64,000 nt of DNA from a bacterium (GTDB lineage Bacteria > UBA8248): positions 2,496,001 to 2,560,000 of the forward strand of contig CBDBEV010000001.1 in assembly GCA_965204535.1 (NCBI GenBank), written 5' to 3'. Position numbers and translations under genes: made by a program. Positions 10,725 to 19,344 of this stretch are shown here, in pieces (the first letter of the stretch is position 1; each line of letters opens with the position of its first letter). Below the pieces are notes generated by a model. The model was not told the DNA's origin, ran no database searches, and worked only from the letters and a program-made list of their open reading frames with translations.

Positions 10725-12746
10725 ATGATCGAACTGGCTTGGCTCATTCCCGTTTTTCCGGTGATCGGAGTCCTGATCAACGGATTGTTCGGAAGGCAAG
10801 TGGGCGAGAAGGCGGGCCCCATCGCTTCCGTCATGGCGGGCTTGTCGCTGCTCGTGGTGCTGGGCATCGCTTTTCAGATGATCTTAGGCTCAGGCGGCAG
10901 CCACACCGTGCCGCTATGGACGTGGGTGGAAGCGGGGAGCTTCAGCGCTTCGATGAGCTTCCTCATCGATCCATTGAGCACCATCATGCTGCTCGTGGTG
11001 GCGGGCGTGGGTTTTCTGGTGCACGTTTACGCCGTGGGCTACATGCACGGAGACCCGGGCTATCCGCGCTTTTTCACCTATCTCAACCTGTTCATGCTCT
11101 CGATGTTCCTGCTGGTGCTGGGGGACAACTATCTCGTCATGTTCGTCGGCTGGGAGGGCGTGGGCCTTTGCAGCTATCTGCTCATCGGCTTCTGGTACGA
11201 GAAGCAATCCGCATCCGATGCGGGCAAAAAGGCGTTCATCGTCAACCGCATCGGCGACGCGGGCTTTCTGCTCGGCATGTTCCTCATCTGGACGCTGACG
11301 GGCAGCCTCACCTACACCGAGGTGTTCAAGGCGGCTCCCGAGATGAGCGCGGCGGCGGCATCGGCCGTCGGGCTTCTGCTGTTCGTCGGCGCCGTCGGCA
11401 AGAGCGCGCAGATTCCGCTCTACGTCTGGCTGCCTGACGCCATGGAAGGTCCGACCCCCGTCAGCGCCCTCATCCACGCCGCCACCATGGTGACGGCGGG
11501 CGTCTACATGGTCGCGCGCACGAGCCCCATCTACGTCATGGGGCCGGACGCTATGAGCGTCATCGCCATCGTCGGCGCGCTCACGGGCCTGTTCGCCGCG
11601 AGCATCGGCCTGGTGCAAAACGACATCAAGCGCGTGCTCGCCTACAGCACGGTGAGCCAGCTCGGCTTCATGTTCATGGCGCTGGGCGTGGGCGCCTTTG
11701 CGGCCGGCATCTTCCACCTGATGACCCACGCCTTCTTCAAGGGCCTGCTCTTTCTGGGCAGCGGGAGCGTCATCCACGCGCTTCACCATGCGTCGGAAGA
11801 GCAGCAACAGGACATGCGCTACATGGGCGGCTTGAAGGACAAGATGCCCGTGACGTACTGGACGTTCCTGATAGGCGCTATCGCCATCGCAGGCGTGCCG
11901 CCGCTGGCGGGTTTCTGGAGCAAGGACGAGATTCTGGCGAACGCCTTCTTCACGGGGCACTACACGGTCTGGATCATGGGCACCGTCGCGGCCTTCATGA
12001 CGGCCTTCTACATGTTCCGGCTCATCTTCATGACGTTTCACGGCGAGATGCGCGTCGATCATCACGCCCGCGAACACATACACGAATCGCCCTCCACGAT
12101 GACGGTTCCGCTCATCATCCTGGCGGTCCTGAGCGTCATCGGCGGCGTGATTCCGGGCTTCCCGCCCGAGGCCGGCTGGATACACCGCTTCCTGGCGCCC
12201 TCGCTGGCGAAGTTGCCGGCCGGCGGCCACGCCACGGAGCAGGGCGTACACCTGATAAACGCCGCGGCCGGCGGCGGGCACAGCGGGCCGGCAGCGATGC
12301 TCCTGATAGTACTGGCCATCGCCGTCGCCGTGGGCGGCATTGCCCTGGCGTGGTACATGTACGTCAAGGACACAGAGGCGCCGCGGCGCCTGTACCGGAG
12401 CATGCCGGGCATTTATTACCTGCTTCTCGGCAAATACTATATCGACGAGATTTACCAGGCCTGCATCGTCGAGCCGGTCTACAAGCTCATGCGCGGCTTG
12501 TGGACTTTCGATGCGAAGGTGGTGGACGGGGCGGTGAACGGCAGTTCGCTTATCACCGTCGTGTCGAGCCGCTTCTCGGGAATTTTCGACCTTCGGACGG
12601 TGGACGGGGCGGTGAACGGCACGGCGAGCTTCATCCGCTTTTTCTCCCAGGTATTCAAATACCTGCAATCCGGAATGGTTCAGAATTATCTATTCGTGAT
12701 GCTGTTGGGCATCTTCGTGATGCTGAGCGCGTACCTTTTCCGCTGA
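10725..12746 (+). CDS. nuoL: NADH-quinone oxidoreductase subunit L (copy 2)
   Basis: Same NuoL signature motifs as copy 1; diverged paralog. Confidence 0.96.
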   Translation: MIELAWLIPVFPVIGVLINGLFGRQVGEKAGPIASVMAGLSLLVVLGIAFQMILGSGGSHTVPLWTWVEAGSFSASMSFLIDPLSTIMLLVVAGVGFLVHVYAVGYMHGDPGYPRFFTYLNLFMLSMFLLVLGDNYLVMFVGWEGVGLCSYLLIGFWYEKQSASDAGKKAFIVNRIGDAGFLLGMFLIWTLTGSLTYTEVFKAAPEMSAAAASAVGLLLFVGAVGKSAQIPLYVWLPDAMEGPTPVSALIHAATMVTAGVYMVARTSPIYVMGPDAMSVIAIVGALTGLFAASIGLVQNDIKRVLAYSTVSQLGFMFMALGVGAFAAGIFHLMTHAFFKGLLFLGSGSVIHALHHASEEQQQDMRYMGGLKDKMPVTYWTFLIGAIAIAGVPPLAGFWSKDEILANAFFTGHYTVWIMGTVAAFMTAFYMFRLIFMTFHGEMRVDHHAREHIHESPSTMTVPLIILAVLSVIGGVIPGFPPEAGWIHRFLAPSLAKLPAGGHATEQGVHLINAAAGGGHSGPAAMLLIVLAIAVAVGGIALAWYMYVKDTEAPRRLYRSMPGIYYLLLGKYYIDEIYQACIVEPVYKLMRGLWTFDAKVVDGAVNGSSLITVVSSRFSGIFDLRTVDGAVNGTASFIRFFSQVFKYLQSGMVQNYLFVMLLGIFVMLSAYLFR

Positions 12747-12769
12747 TGCGATGAGGTTTTGGAGGAACT

Positions 12770-14317
12770 ATGAGTAACATGCCGCTTCTTACGCTGATCA
12801 CCTTCCTGCCCGCGGCCGGGGCGGTGATTATCATGCTCTTCATGAAGAAAGAGCAGACGAAAGCCATCAAGGGTTTCGCCACGGCGGTGGCGGTCTTGGA
12901 CTTCCTGATTTCGCTTCCCCTCTGGTTCAATTTCGATCAGTCCGAAGCCGGATTCCAGTTCGTGGAGAAGGTGAGCTGGATACCCACCATCGGGGTGAGC
13001 TATTTCGTCGGCATCGACGGGATCAGCGTGCTGCTCGTCCTGCTCACGACGCTCACGATGATCGTGGGGGTTGTGTGCTCGTTCACCGCCATCGAGGAGC
13101 GCGAAAAGGAATACTACGTCTGCCTCCTTCTGCTGGCGACCGGTATGCTGGGCACCTTCATCGCGCTCGACATCTTCCTCTTCTACGTGTTCTTCGAGGT
13201 CACCCTGGTGCCGATGTATTTCCTCATCGGCGTATGGGGCGGGCCGAGGAAGCTCTATGCGGCGATCAAGTTCTTCCTCTATACGCTGTTCGGCAGCGTG
13301 TTGATGCTGCTGGGAATTCTGGCGTTCTACTTCGCCAACTTCAAGATGGGCACCGGAACGCTCACGTTCGACCTGGTCGAGCTCTACGGCGTGGGGCCGA
13401 AGATACCGCTTTCGCTCCAGATTTGGATATTCCTGGCGTTCTTCATCGGCTTCGCCATCAAAGTCCCCATGTTCCCCTTCCACACCTGGCTGCCGGACGC
13501 GCACGTGGAAGCCCCGACGGCGGGCAGCGTGATCCTGGCGGGCATTCTCCTGAAAATGGGAACCTACGGATTCGTGCGCTTCGCCCTGCCCCTGCTGCCC
13601 CAGGCGAGCCAGGTTTTCGTGCCCTTCATGGTGCTTCTCTCCATCATCGGGATCATCTACGGGGCGCTGGTGGCCATGGCGCAGACCGACATCAAGAAAC
13701 TGGTGGCCTATTCCTCGGTGAGTCACTTGGGCTTCGTGATGCTGGGTATATTCGCCTTAAACGAGCAGGGCGTGCTCGGCGGACAGCTTCAGATGATCAA
13801 CCACGGAATCAGTACGGGCGCCTTGTTCCTTCTGGTGGGCGTCGTTTACGAGAGGCGTCATACGCGCCTCATCTCCGATTACGGCGGCCTCTCGAAGATC
13901 GTGCCCGTCTATACGGTGTTATTCGCCATCACGATGCTGAGCAGCATCGGGCTTCCGGGTCTGAACGGTTTCGTGGGCGAGTTCCTGATCCTCATCGGCG
14001 CGTTCAAGAAGAGCTACGTCTACGCCGCGTTCGCCGTCATCGGCATCGTCCTGGGAGCGGCGTACATGCTCTGGCTCTTCCAGCGGGTGTTCTTCGGGAA
14101 TCTGGACAATCCCGAGAACGAGAAACTCACCGACTGCAACGCGCGCGAGGTTCTCTATCTGATGCCGCTGATCATCCTGATGTTCTGGATCGGCCTGTAT
14201 CCCAAGCCGTTCCTCGGGAGGATGGAGGCGAGCGTGAAGAAGGTCGTGAAGATGGTGAACGTGGCGGAGGCGCCGCAAAAGGCCGCGCTCGGCAAAATGA
14301 CGAAGCTCGAGAAATAA
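12770..14317 (+). CDS. nuoM: NADH-quinone oxidoreductase subunit M (copy 2)
   Basis: AIKVPMFPFHTWLPDAHVEAPTAGS motif. Confidence 0.96.
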   Translation: MSNMPLLTLITFLPAAGAVIIMLFMKKEQTKAIKGFATAVAVLDFLISLPLWFNFDQSEAGFQFVEKVSWIPTIGVSYFVGIDGISVLLVLLTTLTMIVGVVCSFTAIEEREKEYYVCLLLLATGMLGTFIALDIFLFYVFFEVTLVPMYFLIGVWGGPRKLYAAIKFFLYTLFGSVLMLLGILAFYFANFKMGTGTLTFDLVELYGVGPKIPLSLQIWIFLAFFIGFAIKVPMFPFHTWLPDAHVEAPTAGSVILAGILLKMGTYGFVRFALPLLPQASQVFVPFMVLLSIIGIIYGALVAMAQTDIKKLVAYSSVSHLGFVMLGIFALNEQGVLGGQLQMINHGISTGALFLLVGVVYERRHTRLISDYGGLSKIVPVYTVLFAITMLSSIGLPGLNGFVGEFLILIGAFKKSYVYAAFAVIGIVLGAAYMLWLFQRVFFGNLDNPENEKLTDCNAREVLYLMPLIILMFWIGLYPKPFLGRMEASVKKVVKMVNVAEAPQKAALGKMTKLEK

Positions 14318-14352
14318 ACAGCGTTTTCGCTTGATTTGATGGAGTCTTTCTG

Positions 14353-15855
14353 ATGGAAGTGGTGATTCCCGACATCGCCCTGTCCCTGGCGCTACCCGAG
14401 ATAGGGTTGGCCATTCTCGTCTGCGCGGTTCTGATCCTCGATTTGTTCGTGTCGATCGAGAACAAATCCCGCGTGGGCGTCGTGGCGTTCGTGGGGGTCG
14501 TTATCCTGGGGCTCATCGCCTTCGGGCAATGGGGCGAGGGCGCGAGGACGACGTTCAACGATTTCTACGTGGTTGACAACCTGAGTGTGTTCGTGAAGGT
14601 GTGCGTGCTGCTCTGCACGGCCATCTCCATCCTGTTGCTGCTTCAATACGCCAAGGTCGAGAAGATCAACTACGGCGAGCTCTACGCCATGCTGCTCTTC
14701 TCGGTGTTCGGCATGCTGGTGATGGCGTCGGGCAACGATCTGATTACGATCTATCTGGGTCTGGAGACCATGAGCATCAGCATCTACGTGCTCGTGGCCT
14801 TCATGCGGCACGACCCCCTGAGCAGGGAGGCGGGCCTCAAGTATTTCCTCATGGGCGCTTTCGCCTCGGGCGTTCTCCTCTACGGCATGGCGCTGACTTA
14901 CGGGTTCACCGGGACGACCTCGATTCGCGGGATCGCGGCGGCGTTCTCGGGCGAAGGCGGCGCCGCCATCGCGCAGAACCCGCTGATGATTTTCGGCCTC
15001 ATTCTTCTCGTCGCGGGCTTCGGGTTCAAGCTGGCGCTGTCGCCTTTCCACATGTGGCTGCCCGACGCCTACACGGGTGCGCCGACGCCGATAACGGGCT
15101 TCATGTCCGTAGCGGTCAAGTTCGCGACCGTGGCCGCCCTGATGCGGATATTCTTCGTGGCGCTTCCGGCCATGGCCGACAGGTGGAACGCCCTGTTGTG
15201 GGCGCTCACGGCGTTCACGCTGGTGTGGGGGAACGTGGCGGCCATCGCCCAGACGAGCCTGAAGCGCATGCTGGCGTACTCGAGCATCGGGCACGCGGGC
15301 TACGTGCTGATGGGCGTGGTGGCCACCATGAGCGTCGTGGACGGCAAGGTGACGTTCACCGACATCGGCATCAGCGCGGTGGCGTTTTACCTGCTCGCCT
15401 ATCTGTTCACGAACCTGGGGGCTTTCGGCATGCTGATTCTCGTGTGCCGCGACGGCTACCGGGGCGACAACATCGAGGACTGGAAGGGCATCGGCCAGGC
15501 GCACCCCTGGGCGGGGATGGCCTTCGTGGTGTTCCTGCTCTCGCTCGGCGGCATCCCGCCGACGGCCGGCTTCGTCGGCAAGCTCTACCTGTTCGCAGCA
15601 GCCGTGCAGAACGAGTACTACTGGCTCGCCGTGATCGGCCTCGTGATGAGCGCGGTCTCGATGTACTACTACGGGCGCATCATCATGGTGATGTACATGG
15701 AGAACCGGGGCGAGAGCCAGGAGGTGATGAGTTTCTCGAGCGCGCCCTCGCTCTTCTTTGCGCTGGTGGTGCTCGTGGTGGCGACGCTTCTCCTGGGCAT
15801 CTTCCCGGGCAGCTTCCTCGACGCGGCGAAGGGCACCGTCGCCGGCTTCATCTAG
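14353..15855 (+). CDS. nuoN: NADH-quinone oxidoreductase subunit N (copy 2)
   Basis: EAGLKYFLMG, PFHMWLPDAYTGAPT and KRMLAYSSIGHAGY motifs. Confidence 0.95.
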   Translation: MEVVIPDIALSLALPEIGLAILVCAVLILDLFVSIENKSRVGVVAFVGVVILGLIAFGQWGEGARTTFNDFYVVDNLSVFVKVCVLLCTAISILLLLQYAKVEKINYGELYAMLLFSVFGMLVMASGNDLITIYLGLETMSISIYVLVAFMRHDPLSREAGLKYFLMGAFASGVLLYGMALTYGFTGTTSIRGIAAAFSGEGGAAIAQNPLMIFGLILLVAGFGFKLALSPFHMWLPDAYTGAPTPITGFMSVAVKFATVAALMRIFFVALPAMADRWNALLWALTAFTLVWGNVAAIAQTSLKRMLAYSSIGHAGYVLMGVVATMSVVDGKVTFTDIGISAVAFYLLAYLFTNLGAFGMLILVCRDGYRGDNIEDWKGIGQAHPWAGMAFVVFLLSLGGIPPTAGFVGKLYLFAAAVQNEYYWLAVIGLVMSAVSMYYYGRIIMVMYMENRGESQEVMSFSSAPSLFFALVVLVVATLLLGIFPGSFLDAAKGTVAGFI

Positions 15856-16023
15856 CAATCACACGCAAAATCAAAAGCGCTACTCCGTCTTTCACTCCTG
15901 ATCGGGGATGAAAGCGCGTCTTTGGGGGTTTGTTGCGCTTCGTTCAGAGGCGGGCCCCTTGCCGGCTTTATCTCATGGAGCGACCCGCCGTATTCTCTTC
16001 GAACGCCCCAACCCCCCTTGTCA

Positions 16024-16195
16024 GGGGCTGTTGAAAAAGCCTCGATTAACGAGGGTTTGACGCGACCGTGGAGGGGGCGTTTTTTGTAGAGGCCGCATAC
16101 ATGCGGCCCGTGTAATGGGTGAAAAAATCAGGGTCGCATTTATGCGACCCCTACACACAAACGAATTTTCCTTCCCTAGGTTTTTCAACAGACCC
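16024..16195. mobile_element. MITE-like non-autonomous element
   Basis: 15-bp imperfect TIRs GGGGCTGTTGAAAAA / TTTTTCAACAGACCC; flanked by direct repeat TGTCA (16019-16023, 16196-16200); no ORF. Confidence 0.65.
16086..16154. repeat. GTAG-type REP doublet (REPIN-like), copy 1
   Basis: GTAGAGGCCGCATACATGCGGCCC ... GGGTCGCATTTATGCGACCCCTAC palindromes; near-identical copy at 34052-34133. Confidence 0.7.
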
Positions 16196-16482
16196 TGTCA
16201 GGGGGCTTTTTCAACAATCCCTCATCAGTCGTGATTGATCCCGTATTTGGCGCGGGCCTGAAATCACGAGATTCGGAGTGGCGCGGGCGTCCGCGGCGAC
16301 CCGTTCGCCGGTTCCGATTCCGGGCGGCATCGAGGAAGAGATGATCGCCCTCATCGGCTGCGGGACGCGGGCGAAGCCAGGGAGGTTTTCCGGATGAAAA
16401 CAAGCGAAATCGCCGGGCTTGTTCGGAAGTGAAGAAAAGCAATTTAATGCAAATAATAATTTCTGAAAAATACGATAAAATA

Positions 16483-16506
16483 GGGGCTTATATACGAGTT
16501 TACCCA
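16483..16506 (+). repeat. Left terminal inverted repeat of IS1595 element
   Basis: GGGGCTTATATACGAGTTTACCCA, exact reverse complement of 20902-20925. Confidence 0.95.
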
Positions 16507-16510
16507 AGTC

Positions 16511-16663
16511 CTAGCTAGCGGTTTTCTTGAGGAAGTCCCATTCTTTTTTCGGAGGGCCTTGCATACAAGCGAAAGCTATATTTTTCGGCGTATCCGGTAT
16601 GGGTGGCGGCATTTGTTTTTCGACTGGTCGGCCTCTTTGTTTTTCTTGTTCTTTGTCTGTCAT
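16511..16663 (-). CDS. 50-aa Pro-rich basic microprotein just inside the left TIR
   Basis: Own translation MTDKEQEKQRGRPVEKQMPPPIPDTPKNIAFACMQGPPKKEWDFLKKTAS*; ATG 2 bp after the stop of the 132-aa ORF. Confidence 0.6.
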   Translation of the reverse strand: MTDKEQEKQRGRPVEKQMPPPIPDTPKNIAFACMQGPPKKEWDFLKKTAS

Positions 16664-16665
16664 GA

Positions 16666-17064
16666 CTATTTTTCAGTAGGAACTTTTAAGACAATTTTTG
16701 ACCCGTTAGGAGCGGCCAACACTTTTATGAGCAAATCGTTCACTTTTTGGATGTCTTCTTTAATTTCTTTTTTTGCGCCTTCTATTTTTGAATCTAGTGT
16801 TCCGATATCTGCTTTCAAATCCTTTCGGACTTCTTTGATATCTTCTTTCAAGTCCCTTCGCACTTCATCAATTTTCGCCACAACGTTGTCAATGCGTCCA
16901 TCGAGTCTCTTGACTTCTGACTGAACATAGACTTTTACAGGCACTACTTGAGCATCTACAGTATCATTAGTCCATATGTAGATTCCGTAAGTAATTGGGC
17001 CAAAAACCACAACTACTAAACTCGCCGTTTTTAACCAACCTACACACCATTCTTTCCATGTCAT
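16666..17064 (-). CDS. Membrane-anchored coiled-coil protein (hypothetical)
   Basis: N-terminal hydrophobic segment, then ~11-residue K/D/E repeats (EVRRDLKEDIK EVRKDLKADIG). Confidence 0.7.
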   Translation of the reverse strand: MTWKEWCVGWLKTASLVVVVFGPITYGIYIWTNDTVDAQVVPVKVYVQSEVKRLDGRIDNVVAKIDEVRRDLKEDIKEVRKDLKADIGTLDSKIEGAKKEIKEDIQKVNDLLIKVLAAPNGSKIVLKVPTEK

Positions 17065-17065
17065 T

Positions 17066-17155
17066 CTACATCACCCTTTCGATTTCAAAAACTAAAACCA
17101 CTTCATCATTTTTGAACATACCATTTTCGCCATGTTTTTGCAACTCTCCTAGCAT
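17066..17155 (-). CDS. Possible 29-aa microprotein
   Basis: MLGELQKHGENGMFKNDEVVLVFEIERVM*; exactly fills the gap between neighbours (2-bp and 1-bp spacings). Confidence 0.3.
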   Translation of the reverse strand: MLGELQKHGENGMFKNDEVVLVFEIERVM

Positions 17156-17157
17156 TA

Positions 17158-17253
17158 CTAACCAGAAAACAACTTTACAAAATCTGATACCAATTCTCGG
17201 ACTTCAGGGAATAGCATATACATCACCCCAAACATGATCAGCATGAACCACAT
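17158..17253 (-). CDS. 31-aa hydrophobic membrane micropeptide
   Basis: MWFMLIMFGVMYMLFPEVRELVSDFVKLFSG*, preceded by GGGGAGGGGG SD-like sequence. Confidence 0.45.
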   Translation of the reverse strand: MWFMLIMFGVMYMLFPEVRELVSDFVKLFSG

Positions 17254-17286
17254 ACTAGACCCCCTCCCCGTTTAATCAGATTTTTG

Positions 17287-18849
17287 TTATCTCTTACCTC
17301 CAAATCCAGCACCGAGATCATTTCTCTTCAATACGCCTGTCATGTATTCGTGTGATGCCCCCGCAAAGATTCCCGTAATTGTTCCTGCGTCACCGGTTCC
17401 GTCTTGGATGAATCCATTAGCACGGACTTCGACTCCATAATTCAAATCTCCGTCATTCCATCTTCTTCCTGTCCCTATAGCTCCGGGTTTTTGCTTAACA
17501 GGCCAATACTCCATGTTTGTGAAATCCAATTGCCCGTCCAGATCAGCAATATCAATGCTCAAGACTGCCTTTCCGCCAACAACCTGCGAATAAGGTGTCA
17601 TGCCTATAAGCCGTCCTTCCCATTCAACTGTTCCACTCAATTTCTGATTATCTGCAAGGTTTGTGTCTGGGGGATTGCCTCTATCAGAGGCCCAAGGGCT
17701 GATATGGCGCATAGTGACAGACGCTCCGAAACAAACTTCATCTGTGTCAATACAACCATGCACTGCGGGAGTGTCCCAATCCCATGACCCCGTAGAGTAT
17801 GGACTGTAACGTTCAAACAAAGCCCACCTGTCCCAGAAAAACAGTATCTGATCTCCGGGGGAAGCCGGACGACGATCCGGGTTACTTGTCATAAGTGTCA
17901 TCCATCCCGCATTCGGATCATCATTAGGGTAGTGTCCTAGAACACCCATTGCATGCATGAACTCATGTGTAATCATTCTCAAGACATGTTCTTCCGTAGA
18001 TCGTTCCGTAAAAGCTGTATCAATGAATACCTGTGCTGAAAATCGGCTTGCAGTTCTTCCGGGAACATAGCTGATAACAGGCCATCTTGTGTGCCCTACA
18101 ACAGAAGCCGGGCGCGTAACCGGCCATAAGGCTTTCGGTTTGAAGTCAATATGTATTTCTCCATGTGGAGGTAAGGCGCTAGTTGTTTTTGGATTAGGAT
18201 CAACTCGTATCTGAAAATTATCGGGGAGAGCTTCATTCAGCAATTGGATAGAACGGATCGTCAAATCAACGAGTTCAGGGGTGGTTTCGCCAATTCTTAC
18301 TAATGGTGGGGTCTGATATGCCCGAATAAACTCCGTTTTATTGATGAATTCCTGAATAGCGTATAAAGTTCCCGTCCCCCCGTTAGGGTCTTTTCCAATC
18401 CCATAAGCATCATCAACAAGTTTGTACCGAACATCGACGCCATCATGATTCGCGGCTACGTCCCACCAATGAGGATGATCGGCAAACCCGATTGTCAGGT
18501 GTTCTGCTCCGTGTTTGTAATTCCATCTATAGTGCTTGATGACGGGAGTTTGCCCCTCGTGGTTCCTATCCTGCCTAAAATGGCTCCATCGCTCATACGA
18601 ATCATCAGATGTTGGATCAGCGGTTGGATCGGGCAGGGCAGGTTCCGGCAAAGGCGTTCCCGCAAACACGTTCTCAAGCGCCGCCTGAAGAGCCGCACGA
18701 AATCTCTCAATAGAGTCATCAATTATCGAGTCTATAAGAGCGCATATCCTATCCCCCAGATCGCATTCAGAGGGATTTGCGGACGCATAATGGACAGGCG
18801 TTATAATCAGGAATAAACAGAACATCACGGAAACTAGAATCTTCATCAT
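17287..18849 (-). CDS. Secreted zinc metalloprotease (metzincin-like) with C-terminal TbpB-like beta-barrel
   Basis: Signal peptide MMKILVSVMFCLFLIITPVHYASA; HEFMHAMGVLGH zinc motif and possible Met-turn (TLM); C-terminus GTITGIFAGASHEYMTGVLK...GAGFGGKR; start set at ATG 18849 after GGAGG. Confidence 0.75.
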   Translation of the reverse strand: MMKILVSVMFCLFLIITPVHYASANPSECDLGDRICALIDSIIDDSIERFRAALQAALENVFAGTPLPEPALPDPTADPTSDDSYERWSHFRQDRNHEGQTPVIKHYRWNYKHGAEHLTIGFADHPHWWDVAANHDGVDVRYKLVDDAYGIGKDPNGGTGTLYAIQEFINKTEFIRAYQTPPLVRIGETTPELVDLTIRSIQLLNEALPDNFQIRVDPNPKTTSALPPHGEIHIDFKPKALWPVTRPASVVGHTRWPVISYVPGRTASRFSAQVFIDTAFTERSTEEHVLRMITHEFMHAMGVLGHYPNDDPNAGWMTLMTSNPDRRPASPGDQILFFWDRWALFERYSPYSTGSWDWDTPAVHGCIDTDEVCFGASVTMRHISPWASDRGNPPDTNLADNQKLSGTVEWEGRLIGMTPYSQVVGGKAVLSIDIADLDGQLDFTNMEYWPVKQKPGAIGTGRRWNDGDLNYGVEVRANGFIQDGTGDAGTITGIFAGASHEYMTGVLKRNDLGAGFGGKR

Positions 18850-18876
18850 GACGCACCTCCACACACCTTTTGTGTC

Positions 18877-18905
18877 TTGACATAGGGCATGGAGGTAATT
18901 ACTTT
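18877..18905 (+). promoter_or_regulatory. Sigma70-like promoter for a putative antisense RNA
   Basis: TTGACA-17 bp-TACTTT. Confidence 0.5.
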
Positions 18906-18911
18906 ACCGAT

Positions 18912-18985
18912 AGGTCGCCTTTGCCCTGCCAAGTTCAGAAGGCGATTAGAGGGGCTGGAATCTTAGCGGGATTCTGGCCCCTCGA
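18912..18985 (+). ncRNA. Putative two-hairpin antisense RNA to the protease leader
   Basis: Hairpin TCGCCTT/AAGGCGA followed by a 14-bp hairpin GAGGGGCTGGAATC/GATTCTGGCCCCTC whose G-U pairs favour the + strand; lies downstream of the promoter above. Confidence 0.4.
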
Positions 18986-19148
18986 ACTATAAAAGTCCTT
19001 TTTGCAACGACCCGCATAAGCCGGGCCGGTTGCCAAACAAACCACGGTTTAAGGTGGGTTTCTCGTGTATTCCAGCTTCGGGAGAAACTGTCTTGTATTC
19101 CACGAGCGACCCGGATATCCGGGCAACCGTAGTTTGTTTGGCGAATAC

Positions 19149-19177
19149 ATGTTAACTAATGGTCAGACGAAAATCAA
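19149..19177 (-). promoter_or_regulatory. Sigma70-like promoter for the cargo operon
   Basis: TTGATT-17 bp-TAACAT on the minus strand; predicted start coincides with the 20-bp stem 19030-19049/19125-19144. Confidence 0.45.
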
Positions 19178-19189
19178 CCTCTTCATAAA

Positions 19190-19219
19190 TTGACAATTCC
19201 GGTCTCCAAAATCTATTCT
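19190..19219 (+). promoter_or_regulatory. Sigma70-like promoter for tRNA-like genes 1 and 2
   Basis: TTGACA-18 bp-TATTCT. Confidence 0.55.
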
Positions 19220-19267
19220 TTGAAGTGGTGCAGGGTATTGAAAAAAAGAGACTTTACAAAGAAAAAA

Positions 19268-19344
19268 TTCCTTGTAGCTCAGTTGGATAGAGCGTCTGTT
19301 TTACGAACGGAAGGTCGCGGGTTCGAGTCCCGCCTTGGATACCA
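19268..19344 (+). tRNA. tRNA-like gene 1 (anticodon TAC, defective acceptor stem; pseudo or non-canonical)
   Basis: D arm GCTC-AGTTGGATA-GAGC, anticodon arm TCTGT-TTTACGA-ACGGA, T arm GCGGG-TTCGAGT-CCCGC, encoded CCA; acceptor TTCCTTG/CTTGGAT pairs only 4 of 7. Confidence 0.75.

Noticed and set aside
169-15911. Many long alternative-frame and antisense ORFs over the nuo genes (e.g. 2470-4098, 10914-12668, 14392-15858)
   Set aside because: Shadow ORFs expected from high-GC codon bias; Arg/His/Gly-rich with no motifs and fully overlapping well-supported genes. The same applies to similar ORFs at 31-64 kb.
18880-18950. Known riboswitch or HDV-like ribozyme in the protease leader
   Set aside because: Pseudoknot potential is present, but conserved core nucleotides of known classes could not be matched by eye; kept only as an unnamed switch.
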